A stretch of 64,000 nucleotides of DNA from Myxococcota bacterium (GTDB lineage: Bacteria; Myxococcota_A; UBA796; CAJQPC01): assembly GCA_036012755.1 (NCBI GenBank), contig DASCPX010000070.1:128001-192000 (forward strand), in the 5' to 3' direction. The translations under genes were made by a program, and so were the position numbers. The notes under the pieces are model-generated. The model was not told the DNA's origin. It searched no databases and saw nothing but the letters and a program-made list of their open reading frames with translations. Shown here piece by piece: positions 18,051 through 27,619 of this stretch (its first letter is position 1; the number at the start of each line of letters is the position of its first letter).

Positions 18051-20162
18051 CTACCACGAACCCCAGTCCGTGGGTTCTGGACTGCGGAGGAAGAGGAGGT
18101 GGCGCTCTCCGGTGAGCCGTCCGTGGGAGATGATTGCGCTCTGCAGCGGCTCGCCGTCCAGCAGCACAGCCGCTGTGTAGTCCCCCTCGCCGTGTGCCTC
18201 GATCGTCAAGGCGCCTCCTGGCCGATCGATGACCGCGACCTCGAACCGCGGGGTGGTCAGGACGTAGTCGTCCGTGCCGTTGAGGGGGTAGAGGCCAAGG
18301 GTCGCGAAGCAGTACCAGGCAGACAGCGTGCCCCCGTCGTCGTTGCCGTCGAGCCCCCCCGGACCGGCGGAGTAGCGGGTCTCGAGGATCCACTTCACCC
18401 AGCGCTGGGTCTGACTCGGGTCTCCCAGGGCGGCGAAGAGGAAGGCGTAGTGCAGGTCGGGCTCGTTCCCGTGCCAGTAGTAGGGGTCCGGCGCGAAGGT
18501 GTCCTCCTCGTCGGCGGAGAGCTCGAAGATCTCGGACAGCCGCGCCCGCAGCTCCGCGGGGCCACCGTAGAGCTCCGCGAGACCCTCGACGTCGTGGGGT
18601 GCCAGGAAGGCGTACTGGTAGGGGTTGCCCTCGACGTAGGGGTCGGGCCAGCCCTCCATCTCCATCTCGACCCAGCTGCCGTCGGAGTTCCGCCCCTGCA
18701 TCCAGCCGGTCTCGGGGTTGAAGACGTTCTGGTAGCTAGCAGAGCGGGAAAACAGCATGCGGGCTTCGTCTGCGCGACCCAGCTCCGCCGCCCACATCGC
18801 GAGGCCGGCGTCGTCGATGGCGTACTCCTGGGTCTTGGAGACTCCCCCGTGCTCCAGGTCGTGGGGGATCCAGCCGTGGTCGAGGTAGTACTCGCCCCGG
18901 GAGCGCTCGGCCTCCGGGTCGGTCGCGGTGGTCCAGGCGACCTCGAAGGCCTCCTCCGCGGGCCAGTCGGTGACTCCCTTGCGCATGGACTCGCCGAGCA
19001 CGATGTCCGCGCTGTGGCCGACCATGGACCCGGACTCGATGACCCCGGCGGGCCAGCGGGGGATGAAGCCGCGCTTTGCGCCCATGTCCGCCAGGCTGTG
19101 GGCGTGGTCCGCGGCCAGCTCTGGCCAGGCCAGGATGACCCAGGGGTGCAGCGTCCGGTACGTGTCCCACAGGCTGAAGTCCGTGTAGTAGGTCCAGCCA
19201 TCGGCTTCGTGGACCTCCAGGTCGAGCCCCCGATAGCGTCCGTCGATGTCGGTGAAGAGTGTCGGCATCATGCGCGTGTGCATGAGCGCGGAGGAGAACA
19301 GCACCTGCTCCTCTTCCGTGCCGCCGGCGATCCGCACGTTGCCGAGGGCCTCGTCCCAGGAACGCCACGCCTGCTCGACGGTCGCCGCGAAGTCCCAGCT
19401 CGGGAGCTCGACCTCGAGGTTGTTCCGCGCCCCGTCGAGGTCCACCGCCGAGAGCCCGACTTGCAGCTCGACGTCCGCGTCGAAGCGGAAGGCTGCCTTG
19501 TCACCCTCTGCGACGACCTCTGCCGCGGGGACAGAGAACCGTCCCACCGTGAACAGGGGCAGGTGGTCGTCCTCGTTCGAGGTCACGTTGCCCCGGAACT
19601 CGATCTCTCCCGAAAAACCAGCGGCGTCGGCCTCGATGCTCGCGACGTGCTCGCTGATGTCGCTGGCGGACCCGGCGCTGAGATCGACGATGAGCCAGCG
19701 CTCCTCGTCGTGCCACTGGTAGCGGTGGTGCGCCGCGCGGGGAGTCGCCGTGAGCTCGACGAGCCCCTCCGGGATCTCCACCCTGTAGAAGCCTGGCCAG
19801 GCCTCTTCGTCCTCGTGGGACAGGGGCGCGCGGAGGTCGTTGGCGTCGAAGCTCGAGGAGTCGGACATCACCACGCGCACCGCGCCGCCGTCGCTGACGC
19901 CGATGCCCGGGAGCCGGTAGTGGGAGAAGCCCTCGAGGTGGGTGTCGGGGAAGTTGTAGCCGGCGCTGTGGTTGAAGGAGGGGCGCGCGCCGTCGACGCT
20001 GGTGTCGGGGCCGACCTTGACGAGACCGTCTGGCGCGCTCGCCGCCGGGCTCAGGCCGCCGTAGCCGAAGCCGAGCCCGCCGGTTCCGATGAAGACGTTG
20101 GCATGCTCGGCCAGGTCGACCGGTTGCCAGGGGTCTGGGGTGCAGGCGAGGAGGAGGAACAT
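18051..20162 (-). CDS. GH92 alpha-1,2-mannosidase family lipoprotein
   Basis: NVFIGTGG, FSLWDTYRTLHP, YVEGN, HGNEP, GNDDGGTLSAW. Confidence 0.92.
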   Translation of the reverse strand: MFLLLACTPDPWQPVDLAEHANVFIGTGGLGFGYGGLSPAASAPDGLVKVGPDTSVDGARPSFNHSAGYNFPDTHLEGFSHYRLPGIGVSDGGAVRVVMSDSSSFDANDLRAPLSHEDEEAWPGFYRVEIPEGLVELTATPRAAHHRYQWHDEERWLIVDLSAGSASDISEHVASIEADAAGFSGEIEFRGNVTSNEDDHLPLFTVGRFSVPAAEVVAEGDKAAFRFDADVELQVGLSAVDLDGARNNLEVELPSWDFAATVEQAWRSWDEALGNVRIAGGTEEEQVLFSSALMHTRMMPTLFTDIDGRYRGLDLEVHEADGWTYYTDFSLWDTYRTLHPWVILAWPELAADHAHSLADMGAKRGFIPRWPAGVIESGSMVGHSADIVLGESMRKGVTDWPAEEAFEVAWTTATDPEAERSRGEYYLDHGWIPHDLEHGGVSKTQEYAIDDAGLAMWAAELGRADEARMLFSRSASYQNVFNPETGWMQGRNSDGSWVEMEMEGWPDPYVEGNPYQYAFLAPHDVEGLAELYGGPAELRARLSEIFELSADEEDTFAPDPYYWHGNEPDLHYAFLFAALGDPSQTQRWVKWILETRYSAGPGGLDGNDDGGTLSAWYCFATLGLYPLNGTDDYVLTTPRFEVAVIDRPGGALTIEAHGEGDYTAAVLLDGEPLQSAIISHGRLTGERHLLFLRSPEPTDWGSW

Positions 20163-20188
20163 CGAGGGCTGAGACAATAGGGCTCCGC

Positions 20189-21769
20189 ATGGACCGGCGC
20201 ACCCGCCAGATCTCCGCAGTCGTCACCGCGCTGGCCGTGGCCTGGGCCGTCTGGCGGGCTCGAGCGGAGACCTGGGTCTGTGACGACGCCTTCATCTCCT
20301 TCCGCTACGCGCGCAACCTCGTCGAGGGGCACGGGCTCGTCTTCAACGCAGGCGAGCGTCTCGAGGGCTACACGAACTTCCTGTGGACCCTGCTGATCGC
20401 CGGAGGCCTGGCGCTGGATCTCGACCCTGTCGCGGTCGCCGCGGCGCTCGGCATCGCCGCCTATGCCGTGCTCGTCGGCCTGCTCGGCTTCCGTCGGCTC
20501 GAGACGGGCTGGCCGCTGGCTGCGCTGGCCTGTGCGCTCCACCTCCACCTCCAACGCTTCGCGACCGGGGGCCTGGAGACCATGCTGTTCACGCTGCTGG
20601 TGACGGCGACGGTGCTGCAGGCCGCTAGGGCCGAGACACGCCGGGCCTGGCTCGTGGTCGGCCTCCTCGGCGCCCTGGCGACCCTCACTCGCCCGGAGGG
20701 GGCCGCGGTGCTGCTCCTCTGCGCTCTGTCCGGGCGCCGCAAGGGCGGCTGGGCGCTGGCGGTCGGCGCCGCGATCGGGATCCCCTATGTCGCCTGGAAG
20801 CTGTGGTGGTTCGGCGAGCTCCTCCCGAACACCTGGTACGCCAAGGGTGGCAGCGACTGGGCTCAAGGGCTCCTCCACCTTCGCCTCTACACCCAGGCCT
20901 ATTGGCCGGTGATGGTCGGCATGCTCGCGGCCTGCGTCTTGGCCTGGAGGACCCGGGGTCGCCTGCCCCTGCTCATCACCGCAGTCTGCGGCGTGCTCAT
21001 CCTCCACTTCGCGAGGGTCGGCGACTTCATGTTCGCGCGCTTCTGCCTGCCCTTTACGCCCCTGCTGCTCGTCGCCCTCGAAGAGGCCCTTCCGAGGAAG
21101 TACGGCGCCCTGTGGACCGCGCTCGTGGGGGCGGCGATCGTGATGTCCCCCTACCCGGGACAGCTGCGAGCGAGGCCAGGAGATCCTGGCGGTGTCTCGG
21201 GCATCCTCGAAGAGAAGGACTGGTACCCGCCCGAGTGGGTGGCCGAGGCCCAGCGGCAAGGGTCGATCATCGCCGAGAAGGCAGGGGGCATCGACCTCCA
21301 CGCGGCCTACTACGGGACCCAGGCGATGCTCGTCTACCACGGGCGCGTCCGAGCGCTGGAGGCCCACGTGGGGCTCACCGACTTCGAGGTCGCGAGGCTT
21401 CCGATCCCAGAGGACGCCCGGACCGGACACGGCCAGAAGACCACTCCGGAGTACCTGCGGGGCCGCGGCGTGGACGTCGTCTTCGACTACCGGCTGTCCC
21501 AGGAGGCCAACCGCTTCGAGACCATCGACTTCGGCGAGGGGGTCACGGGCAAGCTGTCGTGCTGGCGGGGAGAGGTGCTGCGTCCCCTGTCCGAGCGCGG
21601 GGTGGTCGTCTTCGACGTGCCCGGCTTCCTCGACGGCTACATCGCCGCGATGTCCGACTTCGAGGACTCCAAGGTGGAGGCGGACTTCGCCTGGATGGAG
21701 GGCTTCTACTTCGACCACAACGACGACCAGCCTCGCCGCCGCGCCTTCCTGGAGCGCCTGGGCCGTTGA
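20189..21769 (+). CDS. GT-C-type membrane glycosyltransferase (AftB-like)
   Basis: DDAFISFRYARNL..G.GLVFN.GERLEGYTN, GLET, TRPEG, LPNTWYAK; multiple TM helices. Confidence 0.8.
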   Translation: MDRRTRQISAVVTALAVAWAVWRARAETWVCDDAFISFRYARNLVEGHGLVFNAGERLEGYTNFLWTLLIAGGLALDLDPVAVAAALGIAAYAVLVGLLGFRRLETGWPLAALACALHLHLQRFATGGLETMLFTLLVTATVLQAARAETRRAWLVVGLLGALATLTRPEGAAVLLLCALSGRRKGGWALAVGAAIGIPYVAWKLWWFGELLPNTWYAKGGSDWAQGLLHLRLYTQAYWPVMVGMLAACVLAWRTRGRLPLLITAVCGVLILHFARVGDFMFARFCLPFTPLLLVALEEALPRKYGALWTALVGAAIVMSPYPGQLRARPGDPGGVSGILEEKDWYPPEWVAEAQRQGSIIAEKAGGIDLHAAYYGTQAMLVYHGRVRALEAHVGLTDFEVARLPIPEDARTGHGQKTTPEYLRGRGVDVVFDYRLSQEANRFETIDFGEGVTGKLSCWRGEVLRPLSERGVVVFDVPGFLDGYIAAMSDFEDSKVEADFAWMEGFYFDHNDDQPRRRAFLERLGR

Positions 21770-21771
21770 GG

Positions 21772-22035
21772 TTGAAGGTGGCCGTCTGGGAGGTCCTTGG
21801 GACAGCGCGACTGCGCCAGCTGCTGATGGGCGGGCTGGCGCCGGTGCAGATCCTGGAGCGTCTCCCGCCGGAAACGGTGGCCGCGTTGTCGATCGAAGAC
21901 AACCCCACGCTGGCTCGACGCGAGGCCCTGGAGGCCATCGTCCTCGCGCTCGACGAGCTCGTGGGTGAGGGCCGCGTCAGGCGCGGGCGCCGGCGCCTGA
22001 AGAGCTCGATCGTGGATGTCTACTGCAGGCGCTGA
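21772..22035 (+). CDS. Small hypothetical protein
   Basis: TTG start 2 nt after the upstream stop; coding-like frame MKVAVWEVLG... Confidence 0.4.
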   Translation: MKVAVWEVLGTARLRQLLMGGLAPVQILERLPPETVAALSIEDNPTLARREALEAIVLALDELVGEGRVRRGRRRLKSSIVDVYCRR

Positions 22036-22553
22036 TCGACCCATTCCTCCAGCCTCGGCCCGATCACGGCCATGCCCTCGGCGACGAGGGCGCTCCAGGG
22101 ATCGTCGGAGCGGGGCTGGCGCCGGACGAGCTCCAGGCTGGCGAACTCGTAGAGCCGAAGGTGGCGGAAGAGCAGGGCGTTGTGAGGGAGGCCGAAGGCG
22201 TCGGGGATGCCGTCGGCGTCGACCTTCAGGCCGTCGAGACGGTAGACGGTGTCGCCGATGCGGGTGGTGTGGTCGATGTCGGTGGCCCAGGCCTCCCAGA
22301 GCACGATCTCGGCGTCGAGCTCGGGCAGCCATCGGCGCAGGGCGGCCTCCTTGGCGTCGAAGGTGAAGGCGGGTGCGGCGAAGTTGTGCACGCACCAGGC
22401 GGTGGTGCCGTCGAGGTCCATGAGCTCCACGCCCTGGCCGTCGCGCACGACCTGCACCGCAGGAGACGGGTTCCAGACCCGCACGCCACACTCGGCCAGC
22501 ACCAGGCCGGCGAGCAGGCCGAGCGACAGCTTCGCGAGGCGCCCGAGCTTCAC
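22020..22553 (-). CDS. Membrane-anchored hypothetical protein, possibly an internally deleted SGNH-hydrolase-like gene
   Basis: GTG 22553 overlaps the upstream stop; N-terminal anchor LGLLAGLVLAECGVR. Confidence 0.5.
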   Translation of the reverse strand: MKLGRLAKLSLGLLAGLVLAECGVRVWNPSPAVQVVRDGQGVELMDLDGTTAWCVHNFAAPAFTFDAKEAALRRWLPELDAEIVLWEAWATDIDHTTRIGDTVYRLDGLKVDADGIPDAFGLPHNALLFRHLRLYEFASLELVRRQPRSDDPWSALVAEGMAVIGPRLEEWVDQRLQ

Positions 22554-23398
22554 GCCCCGATGATGCGCGATGCGCCCTCGCCGAAGGTGCCTGCAGGGTC
22601 TCCCAGGATCTCCGCGAGTCGGCCCATCATCCGGCCCGCGCGGGTGCCGTCGATGAGGCGGTGATCGAAGACGAGCACTATCGGCAGGACGGGACGCACG
22701 GTGGGTACACCGTCGACCGGGACGACCTCGTCGACGACGCCGCTGATACCCCAGACCGTGCCCACGTGGAGGAGTCGCTCGGGGGGACTGAGGCTGGCGC
22801 CTCGGAACCAGATGCCGGGGACGCCGCGGTAGGTGGAGCCGACGTTGCTCACCGCGGCGGTGACCGGGACGCGCTTCCACACGAGCTTCGCCAGCAGTGG
22901 GCTGTGGGCGCTGCGACCCATGAGGCTCCACACGCGGTGGGCCACGGCGTCGGGCATGGCCTCGACGAACCTGGTGATCCGCTCGTTCGTGGAGTCGACG
23001 AGGTGCCCCTCGCGCTCGCTCCTGGCCTGCTTCGTCGTGTGCTCGGCGAGCTCTCGCAGGCTCATCGAGTCGACGTCGTGGACGGCGATCGTCGAGACCG
23101 CCATGCGCTCCTGGCCGGCGTGACCCACCAGGTTCACGGGCATGGCGAGGCCGACACTGGGCGCCTGGTAGATGTGGCGGCCGACGATGCGGCAGTTCGC
23201 CTCTGGATGCTCGTAAAGCACCCGGCCGATGGCCGCGCAGACCAGCGCGTTGATGCCGACCCCCTCGAGACCCTCGAGGTACTGCCGCGCCGCCAGGAAG
23301 TCGATGGCGGCGTTGCCGCTGACGTAGGCGCCCGAGGCGGGCTCGGAGAACCACCACAGCATGAAGCGCCGCAGCGCGCTCAGGCGCAGCTTCTGCAA
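22550..23398 (-). CDS. Stand-alone 2-oxoacid dehydrogenase E2-type acyltransferase catalytic domain
   Basis: AAVSNVGS and LVFDHRLIDG catalytic motif; no lipoyl domain; start (TTG 23398) uncertain. Confidence 0.8.
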   Translation of the reverse strand: MQKLRLSALRRFMLWWFSEPASGAYVSGNAAIDFLAARQYLEGLEGVGINALVCAAIGRVLYEHPEANCRIVGRHIYQAPSVGLAMPVNLVGHAGQERMAVSTIAVHDVDSMSLRELAEHTTKQARSEREGHLVDSTNERITRFVEAMPDAVAHRVWSLMGRSAHSPLLAKLVWKRVPVTAAVSNVGSTYRGVPGIWFRGASLSPPERLLHVGTVWGISGVVDEVVPVDGVPTVRPVLPIVLVFDHRLIDGTRAGRMMGRLAEILGDPAGTFGEGASRIIGA

Positions 23399-23406
23399 GA
23401 GCTTCC

Positions 23407-23979
23407 CTAGAGGAAGGCGATGACGGCGAGGCCGGTGCCGACCCCGATGACCGTGCCCACGGTTGCGCCGACGAGGCTGTAGACGACTCGGCGGCGCTGG
23501 ACGCCCCGGCGGTAGCCCTCGATGTAGCCCTGCTGGTACTCGCTGCCGTAGCCCTGCCAGGGACCGGCGGGAACGCCAGGCACGACCACGGCCTCGATCG
23601 CGGGCACCGCTACGCAGCCGCAGGGGCCGATGAGGCAGCCCGCGCCAAAGCCGGCGAGGCCATGCAGGGCGTAGTCCTTGGCGAGCTTGGAGTCGGCCTG
23701 TCCGGCCTCGAAGCCATGGTGGTAGCCGAGCACGGGGTTGTCGGGCGGGGGCTCCTCTTCGATGACCTCCTCCTCGATGACCTCCTCGTCGAAGACTTCG
23801 TCGATGACCTCTTCTTCGCCTGGGTCCGCGTCCTCCCAGCCGTCCTCTTCGACCGCCGGCTCTTCGGACTCTTCGCCCCCGGCGGGGGTCTCCTCGGTAG
23901 TAGGGATCTCTTCGATCGCGGGGGTGTCCTCGTCGGCGAAGACCGGGGACGAGCCGAAGCAGAGCAGCAGTCCGAGCAA
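23407..23979 (-). CDS. Secreted/membrane hypothetical protein with Glu-rich linker
   Basis: Signal-like N-terminus, acidic tract, C-terminal TM helix. Confidence 0.65.
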   Translation of the reverse strand: MLGLLLCFGSSPVFADEDTPAIEEIPTTEETPAGGEESEEPAVEEDGWEDADPGEEEVIDEVFDEEVIEEEVIEEEPPPDNPVLGYHHGFEAGQADSKLAKDYALHGLAGFGAGCLIGPCGCVAVPAIEAVVVPGVPAGPWQGYGSEYQQGYIEGYRRGVQRRRVVYSLVGATVGTVIGVGTGLAVIAFL

Positions 23980-24086
23980 ACATCACCTCTCTCGATCAAG
24001 GTAGCTGTAGCCTGCGGCAGCTTGAAACAAAACCCGCATCCCAAGCAAATACGGGCCGGTTAGGCCAAGCCTGACCGGAGCTCTCC

Positions 24087-24650
24087 ATGATCGTCTTGTT
24101 CGCCCTGTCCTGCGCCTCACCGGCGCCGGTCGACTGCCCCGAGTGTCCCGCCTGTGCGGAGGCAGAGGCCACGCCACCCTCGACTGGAGCGCTCGAGCCC
24201 TGGCATCAGGAGCTCTTGCAGCCCTCGATCGACGATCTGAACGAGGGGGTGCGGCCTTGGGACGAGCAGGGCCTCGGGGTTTGCATGGGGGACCGCGAGT
24301 GCGACGCCTTCGTCGGCCTCGACGCCGGCGAGCTCACCGTGGGCGACCACATCGTCAAGGCCGAGCTGGCGGTGCCCCAGCTGGGAGAGGGCTGGCAGGT
24401 ACGGTTCGAGGTGGCCTGCACCGTCACGCTCCCGACCGGGAGCACCAAGCCCGTCGAGCACGACAAGGTCTACGACGTCACCTACACCGGTCCCAAGCGC
24501 GGCTACCGCCTGATGCCGCTCTGGCGCATCCAGTCCCCGCACCCGCAGGGCGCGCGCGACTGCGAGTACCGGCTCACCCCCCTGCGCCCCGACGGCTCCG
24601 CCGGTGACGCACTGACGGGAACCTACAAGACCCCAATGCCGGAGGCCTGA
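24087..24650 (+). CDS. Hypothetical lipoprotein
   Basis: GGAG RBS; ALSC lipobox; CPECPAC. Confidence 0.7.
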   Translation: MIVLFALSCASPAPVDCPECPACAEAEATPPSTGALEPWHQELLQPSIDDLNEGVRPWDEQGLGVCMGDRECDAFVGLDAGELTVGDHIVKAELAVPQLGEGWQVRFEVACTVTLPTGSTKPVEHDKVYDVTYTGPKRGYRLMPLWRIQSPHPQGARDCEYRLTPLRPDGSAGDALTGTYKTPMPEA

Positions 24651-25909
24651 TGAGCTGGCCAGCCTGGATCGAAGAGCTGAAGATTCGCTACCTCGCAGAC
24701 GAGAGCAACGTGTTCCTCCTCCACGGGGACGCCGTGCTCAGCGGCCGCTGGGCGGTCCCGGGCGAGATCGTCGACTGCGCCGATCTCGTTCGGCGCTTCC
24801 TCGAGCCCAGCCGCGACATCGTGGGGGTCTTCGACCCGGACCCCTCCGACGGCAAGGCCCCGCCGGACGTTCGTCGCTCGGCGATGGACTTCCGCGGGGT
24901 CGAGGACATCGGCCAGTTCCGCCGGCTCGTCGAGGTGCGCTTCACCCTGGATGGTGTGCGCGCCCGCAAGCGCATGGACACCCCGGAGGGAGCCCTCGGC
25001 CTGGTCTGGATCGCCCTGACTACCCGCGGCAAGGACCAGGGCTACATCGTGAAGAAGACCGACAAAGTCCTGAACTCGCGGCGCAAGAACCCACCCCCCT
25101 TCGACCACGGCGCGCCTCCGCTCGTGGAGTGGCCGGGCCACGCCGGCTTCGAGGGCACGAACAACGTCGTCGTGCTGCTGGCCGCGGACCTCTCCACGGT
25201 GCGGAGTGACCTCGTAGAGGCCTGCGCGAAGATCGAGGTGACGCCACACCACGCCCAGCTGGCAGAGGCCGAGTTCGCCCCGGTTGGGGACGAGCAGGCC
25301 GCGGCGACCGCTGAGATCGAAGACGCGCTCAGCCTCAAGCGGGCCCCGAAGCCGCCGCCGATGGAGGAAGCCGAGGCGGAGCTCGACAGGGCTCTAGCGG
25401 GAGAAGACGAGCTGTCGATGCGTCGAGAAGAGGAGGATCCGCCTGCCGCCGAGCCGGTCACGGAGCCGCTCCCGGACATCGTCGATCTGCTCCCGACGGA
25501 GCCCCTGCCCGAGGTCGCGCTGCCACCGCCCACTACTGCGGAGGAGATCGACCTGCCCGAGCGGGTCGACCAGGCCTTGCGAGCCACGATCCTGCGTCAC
25601 CCGGAGGGGGACTGGCCCCAGAACCTGCCGGGTCGCGAGGCGGTCGCGCTGGTGGTTCACGAGGTCGCACCAGAGCGCTGCGGTTTGCTCTCGATGGAGG
25701 TCGTGGACGAGCAGGTCGTGGCCGTTGGAGAGGGCGCCGAGTGGTTTTCGGACTGGTACAAGAAGGACATCGCCCTCGACGCCGCCTGCGGCATGGCGCT
25801 CGGCGCGCTCGAGGTCCCGGAGGGGGGCTTCACGGCCGAGAACCTGCCGGAGCTGGAGCGTCCGGCGATCAACGCTCTGGCGAGGCGGATCGGCAAGCTG
25901 CTGGGGTAG
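24650..25909 (+). CDS. Hypothetical protein whose N-terminus resembles the N-domain of some AAA+ ATPases; no P-loop
   Basis: WPAWIEELKIRY...FLLHGD; TGATG-coupled to the upstream gene. Confidence 0.6.
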   Translation: MSWPAWIEELKIRYLADESNVFLLHGDAVLSGRWAVPGEIVDCADLVRRFLEPSRDIVGVFDPDPSDGKAPPDVRRSAMDFRGVEDIGQFRRLVEVRFTLDGVRARKRMDTPEGALGLVWIALTTRGKDQGYIVKKTDKVLNSRRKNPPPFDHGAPPLVEWPGHAGFEGTNNVVVLLAADLSTVRSDLVEACAKIEVTPHHAQLAEAEFAPVGDEQAAATAEIEDALSLKRAPKPPPMEEAEAELDRALAGEDELSMRREEEDPPAAEPVTEPLPDIVDLLPTEPLPEVALPPPTTAEEIDLPERVDQALRATILRHPEGDWPQNLPGREAVALVVHEVAPERCGLLSMEVVDEQVVAVGEGAEWFSDWYKKDIALDAACGMALGALEVPEGGFTAENLPELERPAINALARRIGKLLG

Positions 25910-25918
25910 GCTCCGCCA

Positions 25919-27607
25919 GTGACCGACCTGACCCCGCTGTCCGGTAGACGCTACGAACTGCGCGGGCTGCTCGGTGTCGGCGGCATGGCGACGGTGTACT
26001 CGGGCTGGGACACGATGCTGCACGTCGAGCGTGCCATCAAGGTCCTGAACCCGAACCTCAACAAGAGCGCCACGATCCAGCAGCGGTTCTTGACCGAAGC
26101 GCGGACCATGGCGCGGCTGCAACACCCCCACATCGTTCAGGTCGTGGACGTCGGTGTAGACGGCGCCCGGACCTTCATGGTGATGGAGCTGCTCGAGGGG
26201 GGCTCGCTCCACGACCAGCTCCAGCGCAACGGGCCCCAGCCACCGCATGCTGCTGGCGCTGTCGCGTTGGCCATGCTCGACGCGCTGTCGGTCGCCCACG
26301 CGGCGGGCATCATCCACCGGGACATCAAGCCGCAGAACATCCTGCTCGCCCGGGACGGCAAGCCGAAGCTCGCTGACTTCGGCATCGCCCACCTCACCGA
26401 CGCGACGCGGCAGCTGACCAAGACCGGCGCGGTGATGGGGACCATCGGCTTCATGGCCCCCGAGCAGCGCATCTCCGCTCGAAAGGTCGACGGCCGGGCC
26501 GACCTCTACGCGGTCGGGACCACGCTCTACGCGAACCTGACCAGCCAGATGCCCATCGAGCTCTACGCCTCGGCCTTCGACGACGAGCTGATGCTGGGGA
26601 TCCCCCAGGCGCTCGTGCCCATCATCCAGACCGCGACTCGCTACCAGCCAGCGGAGCGCTACCTCGACGCGGCCGAGATGTCCCTGGCGCTGCGCCTCGC
26701 GCTGCAGAAGATCCCGCTGGAGGCCCCCGCCATGCTGCCGTCTCCGCCGACCTCGGGGGCGACGATGTGCGTCGACGACCTCGACGACGGCGACGATCTC
26801 GACGATCTCGACGACCCGGCGCCTGGAAGCGGTGCGGCGCTGCATGCCTCCAGCGCGGCGGAGCCGGTGGCGCTGCCGGTCGAGGCGATGGCGGACCCGC
26901 TCGGGCCCCCACTGTGGACTGGCGGCACCACGGCGGACCCCGTGCGGCCTCCTGGTGGCACGCTGGATCTCAGCGCCGGGATCGACGAGGACCCGCCTCG
27001 GCGATCGCGCGCTCCGCTGTTCCTCGGCGTGGTGGCCCTGCTCATCGGTGTCGGCGTGGCTGCGCTCGCCGCTGGGCTCTACGCCTCGTCGGTCCGCTCG
27101 GAGCCCGAGACGGTGGTGGCGGAGGTAACGCCCGGCTCGGAGGCGGAGACAGAGGCCGCGTCCAAGCCTGTGCCAGAGACGTCTGCGAAGTCGCCGACTG
27201 CCTCGAAGACGACCTCTTCCAGGACCACGACCCCCGCGCCCCCGCCAGTCGAGGAGATCGCCGACGCGGAGCCCGTGTCGAGCGCCCCGGTGAGCGCGAA
27301 CAGCCTCGACGGCATCTGGGAGGGCACCTGCGGCGGTCGTGGCCTGACGCTGGATCTGAACTTCATGGAGGGCAACATCGTGGGGGGCTCGAGCTCGCTC
27401 TACCTCGCTGGCGTCGAGATGAACGTGCCGGTCTCGGGTACCTACCGTCTCGACGGCGAGGGCAACGGGCGCATCGCCCTGACCGGAAAACGCCGCATCT
27501 CGGGGACCGTCACCCTCAAGGGCGACATCACCTCCGCCAAGAGCATGAGCGGGACCATGCTGGTCGGCCAGAGCGCGCGCGGAGGCTGGACAGCGGAGCA
27601 GCGCTGA
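25919..27607 (+). CDS. Membrane Ser/Thr (Hanks) protein kinase
   Basis: LGVGGMATVY, AIKVL, HRDIKPQN, DFG, APE; TM helix then extracellular domain. Confidence 0.93.
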   Translation: MTDLTPLSGRRYELRGLLGVGGMATVYSGWDTMLHVERAIKVLNPNLNKSATIQQRFLTEARTMARLQHPHIVQVVDVGVDGARTFMVMELLEGGSLHDQLQRNGPQPPHAAGAVALAMLDALSVAHAAGIIHRDIKPQNILLARDGKPKLADFGIAHLTDATRQLTKTGAVMGTIGFMAPEQRISARKVDGRADLYAVGTTLYANLTSQMPIELYASAFDDELMLGIPQALVPIIQTATRYQPAERYLDAAEMSLALRLALQKIPLEAPAMLPSPPTSGATMCVDDLDDGDDLDDLDDPAPGSGAALHASSAAEPVALPVEAMADPLGPPLWTGGTTADPVRPPGGTLDLSAGIDEDPPRRSRAPLFLGVVALLIGVGVAALAAGLYASSVRSEPETVVAEVTPGSEAETEAASKPVPETSAKSPTASKTTSSRTTTPAPPPVEEIADAEPVSSAPVSANSLDGIWEGTCGGRGLTLDLNFMEGNIVGGSSSLYLAGVEMNVPVSGTYRLDGEGNGRIALTGKRRISGTVTLKGDITSAKSMSGTMLVGQSARGGWTAEQR

Positions 27608-27619
27608 AGCGGGTACAGG

